Assembly: GCF_036677455.1 (NCBI RefSeq)
Contig: NZ_JAVBWL010000026.1
Span: 21,711-45,710 of the forward strand
Reading direction: 5' to 3'
Source of the DNA: Methanoculleus sp.
GTDB taxonomy: Archaea > Halobacteriota > Methanomicrobia > Methanomicrobiales > Methanoculleaceae
Length of the DNA: 24,000 nt
The position numbers were made by a program, and so were the translations under genes. Below are positions 13,960 to 22,847 of this stretch, in pieces. Each line of letters opens with the position of its first letter. The stretch's first letter is position 1. The notes beneath the pieces were generated by a model. It saw only the letters and a list, made by a program, of their open reading frames with translations. It did no database searches and had not been told where the DNA came from.

Positions 13960-14358
13960 TCACCACGCCCGGCCGCAGTGCGGGCAGCGGTCCCGGTGAA
14001 CGGAGAGGATAGATCCGCAGTGCGGGCATCTCCAGCGGACCTCCTCCTGCTCGACGAACGCCGCGACTCCCCGCTCCCGGATATCGCGGAGGTTCTCCAG
14101 CATGCTCATCCGATATTTTGTCGTGTAGCGCCTGTCCAGGCGTTTCAGCCGCGTGCAGGGATATCCGGCGCAGTCGTAGCAGTAGTCTCCCGTGCGGTCC
14201 TCGCAGTTCCTGATCCTGCATTGAGCACAGGACCGGGGCAGTCTGCCGGCATCCTCCGTCCGGCAGCCGGGACAACGGTTCTTCTCCCGGAGATAGCCGA
14301 TGCAGAGCCCGCAGTTCATTCCGCAGGGGGCGATCAAGCCGGGGGAGAGGGGGGTCAT
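13960..14358 (-). CDS. Cys-rich DUF3795-family protein
   Basis: 132 aa from the ATG at 14358: MTPLSPGLIAPCGMNCGLCIGYLREKNRCPGCR...CAQCRIRNC...YCYDCAGYPCTRLKRLDRRY...RWRCPHCG. This is the characteristic DUF3795 cysteine pattern. The track ORF extends to 14457. Confidence 0.75.
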   Translation of the reverse strand: MTPLSPGLIAPCGMNCGLCIGYLREKNRCPGCRTEDAGRLPRSCAQCRIRNCEDRTGDYCYDCAGYPCTRLKRLDRRYTTKYRMSMLENLRDIRERGVAAFVEQEEVRWRCPHCGSILSVHRDRCPHCGRAW

Positions 14359-14671
14359 GATCTCCCGTATGATCGCGGCAGGGCAAGAAGGTTCTCGTTT
14401 TGGTCCGTCGCAGGGCGAAACGGACGCGACGCGAGCTGTGTGCATACTCTGCCGCACTCTGGGATCTTAATACTATCTAACAGTTACAAACTAACCGGTA
14501 GTTATAATATAACCATAGGATATACCCTCTGGTGAGACTACCTTCAGGCAACCGGGAGTCTCCCGGCCGGGGGAGGGATGGATCGGATGAAGACTCAACG
14601 GAGAGAATGGGAATCCCATGGGAACATGTATGGAAGGGAAAAACTCGGGACCACGGGAATCGGGGGCTATC

Positions 14672-15523
14672 ATGGACCATAAAGCAAGATTTGCAGTCGG
14701 CTGCCTGCACAAGCAGTACCCGGAACCGGACCGGCTCCCGGAGGACGCATGCCTGGTCTTCGTCCGCGACGGCGGAGTCTGCGTCAGGAAAGGCAGCACG
14801 CCGACCATCTATCAAGAGGCGCCCCCGGACCTGCCGGAAGGGCTGAAGAGGGATGCCCGGTATCTCGGTCACCGGGGGCTCACTCCCTGCTATGCCGTCG
14901 AGGCTCCCGGCGACCTCTCCCTGCCAGAAGGCCTGGTATATTCCGGCGTGCGCGAACTTGCCGGCCTCATCCCGGACCAGGAACTTGCCGTTGCCGCGCT
15001 TGCCGGCCAGATCATCGATTACGGCAGGAATACCCGGTTCTGCGGGCGGTGCGGCACACCAACAGAGCCTGCACGGACCGAGCGGGCCCAGGTCTGTCCG
15101 TCCTGCCACCGGATCGTATATCCCCGGCTCTCCCCGGCGATCATCGCATTGGTGAGAAAGGACGACTCTATCCTCATGGTCCGCGGGATCAGGGCGCCAC
15201 CCGGCAGGTACAGCCTCGTCGCCGGCTTTGTCGAGCCCGGCGAAACCATCGAGGATGCCGTTCGCCGCGAAGTCTGTGAAGAGACGGGGATCGCTATCAG
15301 AAATATCCGGTACTGTGCAAGCGAACCGTGGCCGTTCCCTGATTCGCTCATGCTCGGGTTCGTCGCCGACTACGAGAGCGGAGAGGCTGCCCCGGATGGC
15401 GTCGAGGTTGAGAGCGCTGCGTGGTTTGACCGGGAGCATCTCCCGGTTCTTCCGCCAGGACTCAGCCTGACCCGTGCGCTCATCGACGACTGGGTGGCGT
15501 CGCAAGGTCAGGAACAGGAATAA
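14672..15523 (+). CDS. nudC: NAD+ diphosphatase (NudC-type Nudix hydrolase with zinc ribbon)
   Basis: Zinc ribbon FCGRCGTPTEPARTERAQVCPSCHRIVYPRLSPAII, followed by the Nudix box GFVEPGETIEDAVRREVCEETGI and SEPWPFPDSLMLGF. The start is taken at ATG 14672 (MDHKARF); the track start is 14618. Confidence 0.8.
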   Translation: MDHKARFAVGCLHKQYPEPDRLPEDACLVFVRDGGVCVRKGSTPTIYQEAPPDLPEGLKRDARYLGHRGLTPCYAVEAPGDLSLPEGLVYSGVRELAGLIPDQELAVAALAGQIIDYGRNTRFCGRCGTPTEPARTERAQVCPSCHRIVYPRLSPAIIALVRKDDSILMVRGIRAPPGRYSLVAGFVEPGETIEDAVRREVCEETGIAIRNIRYCASEPWPFPDSLMLGFVADYESGEAAPDGVEVESAAWFDREHLPVLPPGLSLTRALIDDWVASQGQEQE

Positions 15524-15547
15524 ACCGAAATGAAGGCGGTGAAAGCG

Positions 15548-16150
15548 ATGAAGAGACTGAAAGTCGTTGCATTCAATGGCAGCCCCCGGAAAGACGGCAA
15601 CACGTCCATCCTGATCCGGCATATCCTTGACGAACTTGAGAACGAAGGCATCGGTACGGAGTTTGTCCAGGTCGGCGGGCAGATGATCCGGGGATGCACC
15701 GATTGCCGGAAGTGCTTTGAGAACCGGGACCTGCGGTGCGTTCTTGACGGCGACATCGTGAACGACTGCATCGAGAAGATGGTCGAGGCCGACGGGATCA
15801 TCCTCGCCTCCCCGGTCTACTTCCTCGATGTCACGTCCGAGATGAAGGCCCTGATCGACCGGGCAGGCGTGGTGGCGAGGGCAAACGACGGGCCCTTCCG
15901 ACGCAAGGTGGCGACCGCCGCGGCAGCGGTGCGGCGGTCCGGGGCAAACCATACCGTCGATACCCTGCTGCACTTCATGCTCTACAGCGGGATGATCGTC
16001 CCGGGAGTCCCGGTGATCGGTATCGGCCGGGATATCGGGGACGTCCGGAGGGACGAAGAGGGGATGGCAAGGGCAAAAGAGGTCGGGAAGAACATGGCCT
16101 GGCTGCTGAAGACGATTGCATCCGCAGGTCAGATGGAGGAGACCTTATGA
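15548..16150 (+). CDS. Iron-sulfur flavoprotein (Isf-like, NADPH-dependent FMN reductase fold)
   Basis: MKRLKVVAFNGSPRKDGNTSILI...GCTDCRKCFENRDLRC (compact CX2CX2CX7C motif)...IILASPVYFLDVTSEMKALIDR. An alternative start lies at 15530. Confidence 0.8.
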   Translation: MKRLKVVAFNGSPRKDGNTSILIRHILDELENEGIGTEFVQVGGQMIRGCTDCRKCFENRDLRCVLDGDIVNDCIEKMVEADGIILASPVYFLDVTSEMKALIDRAGVVARANDGPFRRKVATAAAAVRRSGANHTVDTLLHFMLYSGMIVPGVPVIGIGRDIGDVRRDEEGMARAKEVGKNMAWLLKTIASAGQMEETL

Positions 16151-16947
16151 AGATAGAATCGCTGAAACTGGTATATTTCTCACCAACGGGAAGATCGAAG
16201 ACTGTTATCCAGGGTATTGCGCGCGGAATCAACCACGGCACGGTGGAACTCATCGACATCACCACGCCGGACGCGAGAAAGGATCCGCTGGAGACGTCGG
16301 AGAATGAACTCCTCATCGTTGCGGTCCCCGTGTACATGGGAAGGGTGCCGGCCCTCCTGACGGAGTGGCTGCAGGCGATCAGGGCCCATGATACGCCTGC
16401 GGTAAGTGTCGTCGTCTACGGAAACCGGGTGTATGACGATGCGCTCATCGAGCTGAACGATATCCTGGCCCAGCGCGGGTGCAGGCCGATCGCCGCTGGA
16501 GCATTCATCGGAGAGCATTCGTTCTCGAGCCCCGAGGCCCCGACGGCCAGCGGTCGCCCGGATGCAGCCGACCTGCACCGGGCAGAAGCGTTCGGGCAAA
16601 AAATACGGGAGAAACTCGACGCCGTTCCATTGGCCGACCGGATCCCTGGCGTAACGATACCCGGCTGCCGTCCCTACCGGGGGGACCCGACGCTCTGGAC
16701 GGTAGACTTCATCGCGGTCAGCGATGCGTGCACCCGGTGCGGGACCTGTGCGGAGGAGTGCCCCACGGGCGCGATCGATCCGGACGAAGGCTACTCAACC
16801 GATCCTGCGAGGTGTATCACGTGCTGCGCCTGCATCAAACACTGTCCCGCGCACGCGAGAACGATGAGACCCGGCCCGGTCAGGGACGCTTCGGTGCGGT
16901 TGAGCACGTTGTATCGGGAACGCAAGGAGCCCGAGTACTTCCTGTAA
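16147..16947 (+). CDS. Flavodoxin-like domain fused to a 2x[4Fe-4S] ferredoxin domain
   Basis: The N-terminus reads LVYFSPTGRSKTV...LLIVAVPVYMGRVP. The C-terminus has CTRCGTCAEECP and CITCCACIKHCP clusters. Its ATG overlaps the upstream stop as ATGA (16147-16150). Confidence 0.8.
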   Translation: MKIESLKLVYFSPTGRSKTVIQGIARGINHGTVELIDITTPDARKDPLETSENELLIVAVPVYMGRVPALLTEWLQAIRAHDTPAVSVVVYGNRVYDDALIELNDILAQRGCRPIAAGAFIGEHSFSSPEAPTASGRPDAADLHRAEAFGQKIREKLDAVPLADRIPGVTIPGCRPYRGDPTLWTVDFIAVSDACTRCGTCAEECPTGAIDPDEGYSTDPARCITCCACIKHCPAHARTMRPGPVRDASVRLSTLYRERKEPEYFL

Positions 16948-17005
16948 CGGGATATTCCTGCAGCAAATGGAGAGTTCTAAGAAAGGGGTCAGGTGAAGCG
17001 GAACG

Positions 17006-17731
17006 ATGGGAATCACCGATAGAAGACGACGAGAGAAGGAGCAGCGAAGGGCCGAGATCATCGAGGCAGCCGAGCGTCTCTTCTTCTCCCGGAGTTACGA
17101 AGACGTCTCCATGGACGATATCGCCCGTGAGGTCGAACTGAACAAGGCCACGATCTATCTCTATTTCAAGAATAAGGAGGCCCTCTTCGCGACGATCGTG
17201 CTCCGCGGCATCCAGATCCTCAGGGAGAGATACGAGGAGTGCATTGAAAAAGAGGTTCCCGGAATTGCCAAAGTGATCCTGATGGGCCAGGCCTACTACT
17301 GGTTCTCGCAGGAACACCCGGATTATCTCCGGCTCATCCATGTCTACGGTTCCGAGCGTTTTTCAAAGGAGAACCCCTATGCCGCAGAGATAGGAGAGGG
17401 ATACGGCATCTGCCGCCTGATGCTCCAGGGCGCGATAGCGGAGGGGATCGATGACGGGACAATCCGGGCCGATCTCGATCCATTCCTGACTTCGATGTAT
17501 CTTATGATATCCTTCATGGGCATCCTCTCCCTGGAGAAGAGATGGAAACTGGCGATTGAGGGGGAAGGGTTCAGTTACGAGCAGTTCGCGAGCGAGTTCT
17601 TCCGGTTCATCACGCCGGCAATCGCTCCCGACGGGAGAACCCACAACGCGGATCTCAGGGATTTTGGACCATCGGGGTTCTTTCTGACCGAACCTCTGGC
17701 GCTCAAGAAGGAGAAGAGGAGACAAACTTAA
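17006..17731 (+). CDS. TetR/AcrR-family transcriptional regulator
   Basis: N-terminal HTH: RRAEIIEAAERLFFSRSYEDVSMDDIAREVELNKATIYLYFKNKEALF. Confidence 0.85.
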   Translation: MGITDRRRREKEQRRAEIIEAAERLFFSRSYEDVSMDDIAREVELNKATIYLYFKNKEALFATIVLRGIQILRERYEECIEKEVPGIAKVILMGQAYYWFSQEHPDYLRLIHVYGSERFSKENPYAAEIGEGYGICRLMLQGAIAEGIDDGTIRADLDPFLTSMYLMISFMGILSLEKRWKLAIEGEGFSYEQFASEFFRFITPAIAPDGRTHNADLRDFGPSGFFLTEPLALKKEKRRQT

Positions 17732-17768
17732 TTTTAGCGTCTCACCCGGCCGACCGGCACGCTTTCAC

Positions 17769-17930
17769 TCAGGCGCCATCGGTATCTTCGTCACATTCGA
17801 GGATGAACGCTCCCTGATACCCGCACTGCCGGCAGTGATAGAGCGTTGCGTACAGGCCACGGGCGTCCCAGTAGATGTCGGTGCTCCGGCATACCGGGCA
17901 GCGGAGAACCTTCCGGGCTGTCTCGCTCAT
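17769..17930 (-). CDS. 53-aa zinc-ribbon miniprotein
   Basis: MSETARKVLRCPVCRSTDIYWDARGLYATLYHCRQCGYQGAFILECDEDTDGA, with two CxxC pairs. The upstream part of the 124-aa track ORF looks non-coding. Confidence 0.5.
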   Translation of the reverse strand: MSETARKVLRCPVCRSTDIYWDARGLYATLYHCRQCGYQGAFILECDEDTDGA

Positions 17931-18123
17931 ACAGTTCTCCTGGGAGCCTCCATGATTTGATGGTATCGCATCTCCCCCGGTCGGGTATGGCGCCGCACCT
18001 GATGGTGAGACCCGGTGCTTCGACTGTTGCCGGTGCACTGATCGTTTGAGCATGAGAACTCCGCCCGGATTCGGGCTGACCGGTTGCCGAAACATATATC
18101 CAGCCATTCTGATATTGACGACC

Positions 18124-18516
18124 ATGAAGATCATCCTGACCACAGTGTTTGTAAACGATCAGGACCGGGCACTGAAGTTCTACACCGAGACGTTGGGCTT
18201 TCTGAAGAAGAGCGATGTTTCTGCTGGAGAGTACCGGTGGCTTACCGTCGTCTCTCCCGAAGATCCAGACGGGACCGAGCTTCTGCTTGAGCCAAACAAC
18301 AACCCGGTAACACAGGCATACCAGAAAGGACTATTCGAACAGGATATCCCCGCCGCGTCCTTTGGCGTCGAGGACACACGTGCAGAATATGAACGACTGA
18401 AAGCACGGGGTGTGAAGTTCACGCTGGAGCCGACAGACGTTGTCGACCAGGTGACCATAGCGGTCTTCAACGACACCTGCGGCAATCTCATCCAGATCCA
18501 GACGATGCAAGGATAA
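18124..18516 (+). CDS. VOC-family (glyoxalase/bleomycin-resistance fold) protein
   Basis: 130 aa from the ATG at 18124: MKIILTTVFVNDQDRALKFYTETLGFLKKSDV...VEDTRAEYERLKARGVKFTLEP...FNDTCGNLIQI. Confidence 0.75.
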   Translation: MKIILTTVFVNDQDRALKFYTETLGFLKKSDVSAGEYRWLTVVSPEDPDGTELLLEPNNNPVTQAYQKGLFEQDIPAASFGVEDTRAEYERLKARGVKFTLEPTDVVDQVTIAVFNDTCGNLIQIQTMQG

Positions 18517-18727
18517 TCCATCATATTAGAAGCGACCGGTGGTCATGAAAGGGCGAACCCCTGCAGGAGCCGTCGGCCCTGTATATTGCCAGGAGACGAA
18601 ACGATACGCTGGCGGCGCTCCAGGAGCACCCAGGAAGTATTCCAACAAACCATATGCCTCGACCTCCTGGCCGGCCGTTGGCCTACCCGTTTCCTGCAGA
18701 ACTGGTTAAGTCGCATTCGGATCCACC

Positions 18728-19324
18728 ATGACTATGGATTTCTTCGATACGGTCTACCGGGGCACCCCGCCCTGGGACATCGGCCGGCCCCAGAAGGCGT
18801 TCGTCGACCTCGCCGCGGCGGGGGAGGTCACGGGCTCCGTCCTGGACGTGGGGTGCGGCACGGGGGAGCACGCCCTCTTCTTCGCAGGGGAAGGGCACGA
18901 GGCGGTCGGGATCGACACCTCGCCTCTTGCGATCCGCAAGGCTGAAGAGAAGGCCGCGGCACGGGGACTCCAGGCGCAGTTCCTTGTCTGGAGCGCGCTG
19001 GACCTTGCCGGGCTCGAGAGGACGTTTGACACCGTCATCGACTCCGGCTTCTTCCATGTCCTCTCCGACGAAGACCGGCCGGTCTTCGTAAAGAGCCTCG
19101 CTGCCGTTCTTGCGCCCGGCGGGAAGTATCTCATGCTCTGTTTTGGCGACCAGAACCCCGGCGACTACCCGCTCCCGAGGAGGATCAGAGAGCGGGAGAT
19201 ACGGGAGACCTTCCTTGATGGGTGGCGGATCAACTTCATCAGGCTGGCGGTCTTCGAGAACGCCATCCAGCCCGAAGGACACCACGCCTGGCTGGCGTCG
19301 ATATCGAGAGCCGGGCGAGGGTGA
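18728..19324 (+). CDS. Class I SAM-dependent methyltransferase
   Basis: SAM-binding motif I VLDVGCGTGEHALFFAGEGHEAVGIDTSPLAI, and post-I/II motifs FDTVIDSGFFHVL and LAPGGKYLML. Confidence 0.85.
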   Translation: MTMDFFDTVYRGTPPWDIGRPQKAFVDLAAAGEVTGSVLDVGCGTGEHALFFAGEGHEAVGIDTSPLAIRKAEEKAAARGLQAQFLVWSALDLAGLERTFDTVIDSGFFHVLSDEDRPVFVKSLAAVLAPGGKYLMLCFGDQNPGDYPLPRRIREREIRETFLDGWRINFIRLAVFENAIQPEGHHAWLASISRAGRG

Positions 19325-19421
19325 CGGCGAAATCCCCCATAACGCCACAGATCGCCGGGAAGATTTACGAGCGTTTAAGTACCCTCTTCTGCAATAAAAA
19401 GCTGAAAGAGGAGTATCTGAG

Positions 19422-20792
19422 ATGACCGTCAAGAACATCCTGATCGTCGCGATTGTTGCGCTGATCGTCGTTGCCGCAGGGATCATGATTGCATTTGCCC
19501 CCGGCGAGACCGAACCGACCCCCGGCACGATCGTGCCGGCGCAGAAGGTGCTCACGCCGGACGAGGCGAAGGCTCTCGCGGCGGAGATCGCAGGGCAGAT
19601 CGACGGCGACGCGCTTGCCGCGCTCAAGCCTGGAGACGAGAATACGTCGGCCTACACCGCCATCCACGACCGGCTCAACGCGTTCCGGTCTGAACACCCC
19701 GATATCGTCTACATCATGACGATGAGGAGGACGGGGGACGCCATCGAGCAGGTCGTTGATGCCGACTACGGCAGCCCGGGCGGATACGCTATCGGTGACG
19801 GGCACTACGTCCCGAACCCTGAGGCCCCCTACCTCACCGGCTTTGATAAACCCTTTGCTGAGATCTACTCCGCTGTCTATGGGTATGCTCCGGTGAGGAA
19901 CGCCGCCGGCGCCGGCGTCGGGGTGGTCTGCCTCAAGCCGGATGGTCCGGTCGGGCAGGAGCGGCTCGAAGCCCTCGCGGTGGAGATTGCAGGAGAGATC
20001 GACGGCGACGCCATGGCGGCGCTCAAGCCCGGCGACGAGAGTACTCCGGCGTATATCGCCATCCGCGACCGGCTCGTTGCCTTCCGGACTGCAAACCCTG
20101 AGCTCACCTATGTGTATACGATGCGCAAAGCCGGAAACGTCACCGAGCACGTCGTAGATGCGGATTACGGCAACGAGGACGGGGTCGCTATCGGCGAAGG
20201 CTATACCCTGACGGACGACGACAACGTCTTCCTTGCCGGCTTCGAGGAGCCCACAGCCGAGATCTACAGCCTTATCTGCGGATATGCCCCGATAACAAAC
20301 GCCGCCGGCGCAAGCGTCGGGATGGCAGCCATCGAAGCATGGAACCCGGTCACCGAGGAGCGGGTGAAAGCCCTCGCGGTGGAGGCTGCAGGAGAGATCG
20401 ACGGCACTGCGATGGCGGCGCTCAAACCCGGCGACGAGACGACCCCGGCCTACACCGCCATCCAGGACCGGCTCAGCGCCTTCCGTGACGCGAACCCCGG
20501 GGTCATCTACGTCTATACCATGCGTAAGACCGAGAACGCCACCGAGTACGTCGTCGACGCAGACTACGGCAACGGCTATGCGCCCGAGATAGGCTACACC
20601 TACGTGCCCACGGAGGAGGACGCCGCGTTCCTCGCCGGATTTGAGGGACCCTCAGCCGAGCCCGGGTTCTACGTCGACGAATGGGGCAACAAGCCCGCCA
20701 CCGTCCTCTCCGGGTACGCCCCGGTCAGGGACGCGGCCGGCGCCGTCGTCGGGCTCGTCGGCGTCGATGTGGGGTTCGTTCACCAATCGTAA
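19422..20792 (+). CDS. Membrane-anchored protein with three tandem Cache/PDC-like extracytoplasmic repeats and no recognisable output domain
   Basis: An N-terminal TM helix (ILIVAIVALIVVAAGIMIAF) is followed by three repeats of 133, 133 and 147 aa. Each repeat contains AALKPGDE.T.AY.AI.DRL.AFR...P...YVYTMRK......VVDADYG and ends in GYAPV.DAAGA.VG, the strand pattern typical of single-Cache/PDC sensor folds. Confidence 0.8.
   Translation: MTVKNILIVAIVALIVVAAGIMIAFAPGETEPTPGTIVPAQKVLTPDEAKALAAEIAGQIDGDALAALKPGDENTSAYTAIHDRLNAFRSEHPDIVYIMTMRRTGDAIEQVVDADYGSPGGYAIGDGHYVPNPEAPYLTGFDKPFAEIYSAVYGYAPVRNAAGAGVGVVCLKPDGPVGQERLEALAVEIAGEIDGDAMAALKPGDESTPAYIAIRDRLVAFRTANPELTYVYTMRKAGNVTEHVVDADYGNEDGVAIGEGYTLTDDDNVFLAGFEEPTAEIYSLICGYAPITNAAGASVGMAAIEAWNPVTEERVKALAVEAAGEIDGTAMAALKPGDETTPAYTAIQDRLSAFRDANPGVIYVYTMRKTENATEYVVDADYGNGYAPEIGYTYVPTEEDAAFLAGFEGPSAEPGFYVDEWGNKPATVLSGYAPVRDAAGAVVGLVGVDVGFVHQS
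19551..20789 (+). repeat. Intragenic tandem repeat, 3 units with a 399-bp period
   Basis: Unit boundaries are 19551-19949, 19950-20348 and 20349-20789. There are stretches of near-identical DNA, for example gccctcgcggtggagattgcaggagagatcgacggcgacgccatggcggcgctcaagcccggcgacgaga (from about 19971) versus gccctcgcggtggaggctgcaggagagatcgacggcactgcgatggcggcgctcaaacccggcgacgaga (from about 20370). Confidence 0.85.
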
Positions 20793-20853
20793 AAGATAAA
20801 GATTACCGGGACGGGATGAGCGCACTCCCCGCCCCCGCCCCGGCCGCACAACC

Positions 20854-20860
20854 TTTTTTT
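20854..20860 (+). terminator. Oligo-T (T7) run downstream of the Cache-repeat gene
   Basis: T7 at 20854-20860, 62 nt after the stop at 20792. Confidence 0.35.
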
Positions 20861-20976
20861 CTGCTCGCCTGTTCCGGAAAGAATAACTCTTCCGGCGGCG
20901 AGGACGTAGCATGGACCGCACAACTTCCAGGGCGGACCGGTGCGGCACAGGTTCGCCGGTGCCGAAGGGGGACAGG

Positions 20977-21219
20977 ATGGCCCTCCTCAAGGAGATCGCC
21001 GCGTTCACCCGCGAGCACGGGGATATCCTCGCCCGGTACCACCTCAATACCATGGACGACCTCAACCGTATCGAGCAGGAGTGCTGGAGGCTGCACGACG
21101 AGGCGTGCAGCAGGGGCGCCTGCGGGAGTGCCGGCGAACTCGTGGAGCTGGAGTACCTCATCGGCCGGGCAAAGGAGATGAGAGCGCGGATGGGGGATGA
21201 CGAGCGATCCCCGGGCTGA
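20977..21219 (+). CDS. Hypothetical 80-aa protein
   Basis: MALLKEIAAFTREHGDILARYHLNTMDDLNRIEQECWRLHDEA..., preceded by a purine-rich GGGGGACAGG. The composition looks coding, but I recognise no family. The track ORF begins at 20911. Confidence 0.4.
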   Translation: MALLKEIAAFTREHGDILARYHLNTMDDLNRIEQECWRLHDEACSRGACGSAGELVELEYLIGRAKEMRARMGDDERSPG

Positions 21220-21300
21220 TCGGAGGTATCAGGGTTTCATCAGCGCACCTGAACGCCGCCTATAGAAAGTGCCGGGACTGACTCCGATCGTGACCCCGGG

Positions 21301-21918
21301 CTAACTGATCTTCATCAGGATGGATACCAGGACGAAGAGGAGCAGGCCGTTGATCACGATGATTCCCGCAATGACCATGCCCGGAACCAGGCCCGGCAGG
21401 AGCATGCTGATACCGAACGCGATCGAGACGACGTTCAAGACCGTCTGGGTACCGAGAAGCCGTTTGAGGATGGGTGGAAGGGAGGCCGGGTCGGCGTCGG
21501 GGTTCCCGGCACCCTGCAGCATCGGGAGGAACCGCTTCGTAAGGAGTATCGCTCCCCCGGCGATGTTTAAGAGCGCAAGAAGCAACTGGATCACGCCGGT
21601 CAGGATGCCCGGGACGATGCAGGAGAAGATCCCGAGAGCGGCGAAGACGATCCCGATGACGATCAGCAGCCACGAGCGTCTGTACGAGCCAATCGGGGTC
21701 TCTCCCAGGGCCAGCATCTGGATGGCCATGATGACGAGCAGCAGGCCGAGCTGACCGTCCGGGGAGAACGGGATCAATCCCAGGTTCACCGGGATGAGGA
21801 GCAGCCCGAGGAGGACCAGGAGAACGCCGACCGGGATGACCAGGGCAATCGAGAGGGGGAGAGAGGCCTCCCCGAACAGGCCGGTGCTGCCGGTTGCAGT
21901 GGAACCATTCGCGGTCAT
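21301..21918 (-). CDS. Polytopic membrane protein, paralog B
   Basis: 205 aa from the ATG at 21918 (MTANGSTATG...). It has multiple hydrophobic helices and the conserved segment PDGQLGLLLVIMAIQMLALGETPIGSYRRSWLLIVIG. The ATG overlaps the upstream paralog's stop as ATGA (21918-21915). The N-terminal 71 aa of the track ORF overlap that paralog and I rejected them. Confidence 0.75.
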   Translation of the reverse strand: MTANGSTATGSTGLFGEASLPLSIALVIPVGVLLVLLGLLLIPVNLGLIPFSPDGQLGLLLVIMAIQMLALGETPIGSYRRSWLLIVIGIVFAALGIFSCIVPGILTGVIQLLLALLNIAGGAILLTKRFLPMLQGAGNPDADPASLPPILKRLLGTQTVLNVVSIAFGISMLLPGLVPGMVIAGIIVINGLLLFVLVSILMKIS

Positions 21919-22547
21919 TCTGACCCCCCCGGAGGATACATCCGGCCGACCACCTGGATGGACCAGGAGAGGTAGAAGAAGCCGATGCCGTAGATGATGA
22001 GGAGGACCGCGGTCACGTAGTCGGTCGTGATACCGGGAAAGAGCGTGACAAGGCCGAGAGCGATCGAGACCACGTAGACAATGATGCAGGCGACCGTCAG
22101 GTGCCGGAGGACACCCGGGACCTTCAGCCACAACCGGGCCTTATCTTCGGAGAAGAACAACTGCGCGAGGAGCGCGACTCCCCCAAGAGTGAGGAGCAAT
22201 CCGACCAGAATACGAACCGGATCTGCGAGCAGTCCGGGGATGAAGCAGGCGACCATCCCGACGGCCGCCGTGGATACCCCGAGCACGATGACCGCCCATG
22301 AACGCCGGAGATCGCCGAACGGGGTCTTCCCCATCGTGATGATCTGGAACGAGACGATCACGAGAAAGAGCCCATAGGTGCTGTCCGGGGCATAGGGGAG
22401 TTCGCCCGTATGAATCCTGAAGAGAAGCAGGCCGAAGAGGAGCATGAAGACCCCGAAGACGATCAGGATGGCGGCCTCGAGGGAGAGGTCGGACGCTGCT
22501 CCGAGAACTGGATTGCTCTTCTCTTCCGGCTGGCTGGCAGATTCCAT
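21915..22547 (-). CDS. Polytopic membrane protein, paralog A
   Basis: 210 aa. PDSTYGLFLVIVSFQIITMGKTPFGDLRRSWAVIVLG aligns with paralog B, and the hydrophobic helices run throughout. It may be HdeD/DUF308-like, but I cannot confirm that by eye. Confidence 0.75.
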   Translation of the reverse strand: MESASQPEEKSNPVLGAASDLSLEAAILIVFGVFMLLFGLLLFRIHTGELPYAPDSTYGLFLVIVSFQIITMGKTPFGDLRRSWAVIVLGVSTAAVGMVACFIPGLLADPVRILVGLLLTLGGVALLAQLFFSEDKARLWLKVPGVLRHLTVACIIVYVVSIALGLVTLFPGITTDYVTAVLLIIYGIGFFYLSWSIQVVGRMYPPGGSE

Positions 22548-22847
22548 AATTACATCTCCCCGGTTCTATCCGGCGACAGATGGATACATATTGACAATTG
22601 AGTAAATGCTCTGATGTATATCCAGGGTTTATTTATAGGTATGCATCCGCTCCGGTTGAGCCCCGGTCGCGTTGCAGGCGGGGCCCGTTCTCGATCTGCG
22701 ATTTCTATGCCATATTGTTGCGCAGCATCGATGGTTTTCTATAAATCCGGAAGATTACCTGTTGTTTCACGTATGGCGATACCAAATTGAACCCATTCTA
22801 AATCAGATGCAGGAGAGGCAGTATTCATAAAGTATATCTCTTATGAG

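Noticed and set aside
13874-14535. Alternative frames overlapping the DUF3795 gene (170 aa on the minus strand, 205 aa on the plus strand).
   Set aside because: Only the 13960-14358 frame gives the ordered Cys pattern of DUF3795. The others are Arg/Pro/Ala-rich.
14477-15973. 498-aa minus-strand ORF, one of the longer ORFs in the track.
   Set aside because: It lies antisense to the NudC and iron-sulfur flavoprotein genes, which have clear Nudix, zinc-ribbon and Isf motifs. Its own sequence is low-complexity and Arg/Pro/Gly/Asp-rich.
18683-20150. Minus-strand ORFs of 314 aa (18683-19627) and 261 aa (19365-20150).
   Set aside because: They are antisense to the SAM methyltransferase and the Cache-repeat gene, and are GC-driven open frames without motifs.
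20652-21200. Several overlapping ORFs around the small 80-aa gene (169 aa minus, 166 aa plus, 97 aa minus, 86 aa plus).
   Set aside because: They are mutually exclusive GC-driven frames with low-complexity Arg/Pro/Gly sequences. I kept only the frame with balanced composition and a purine-rich leader, and gave it low confidence.
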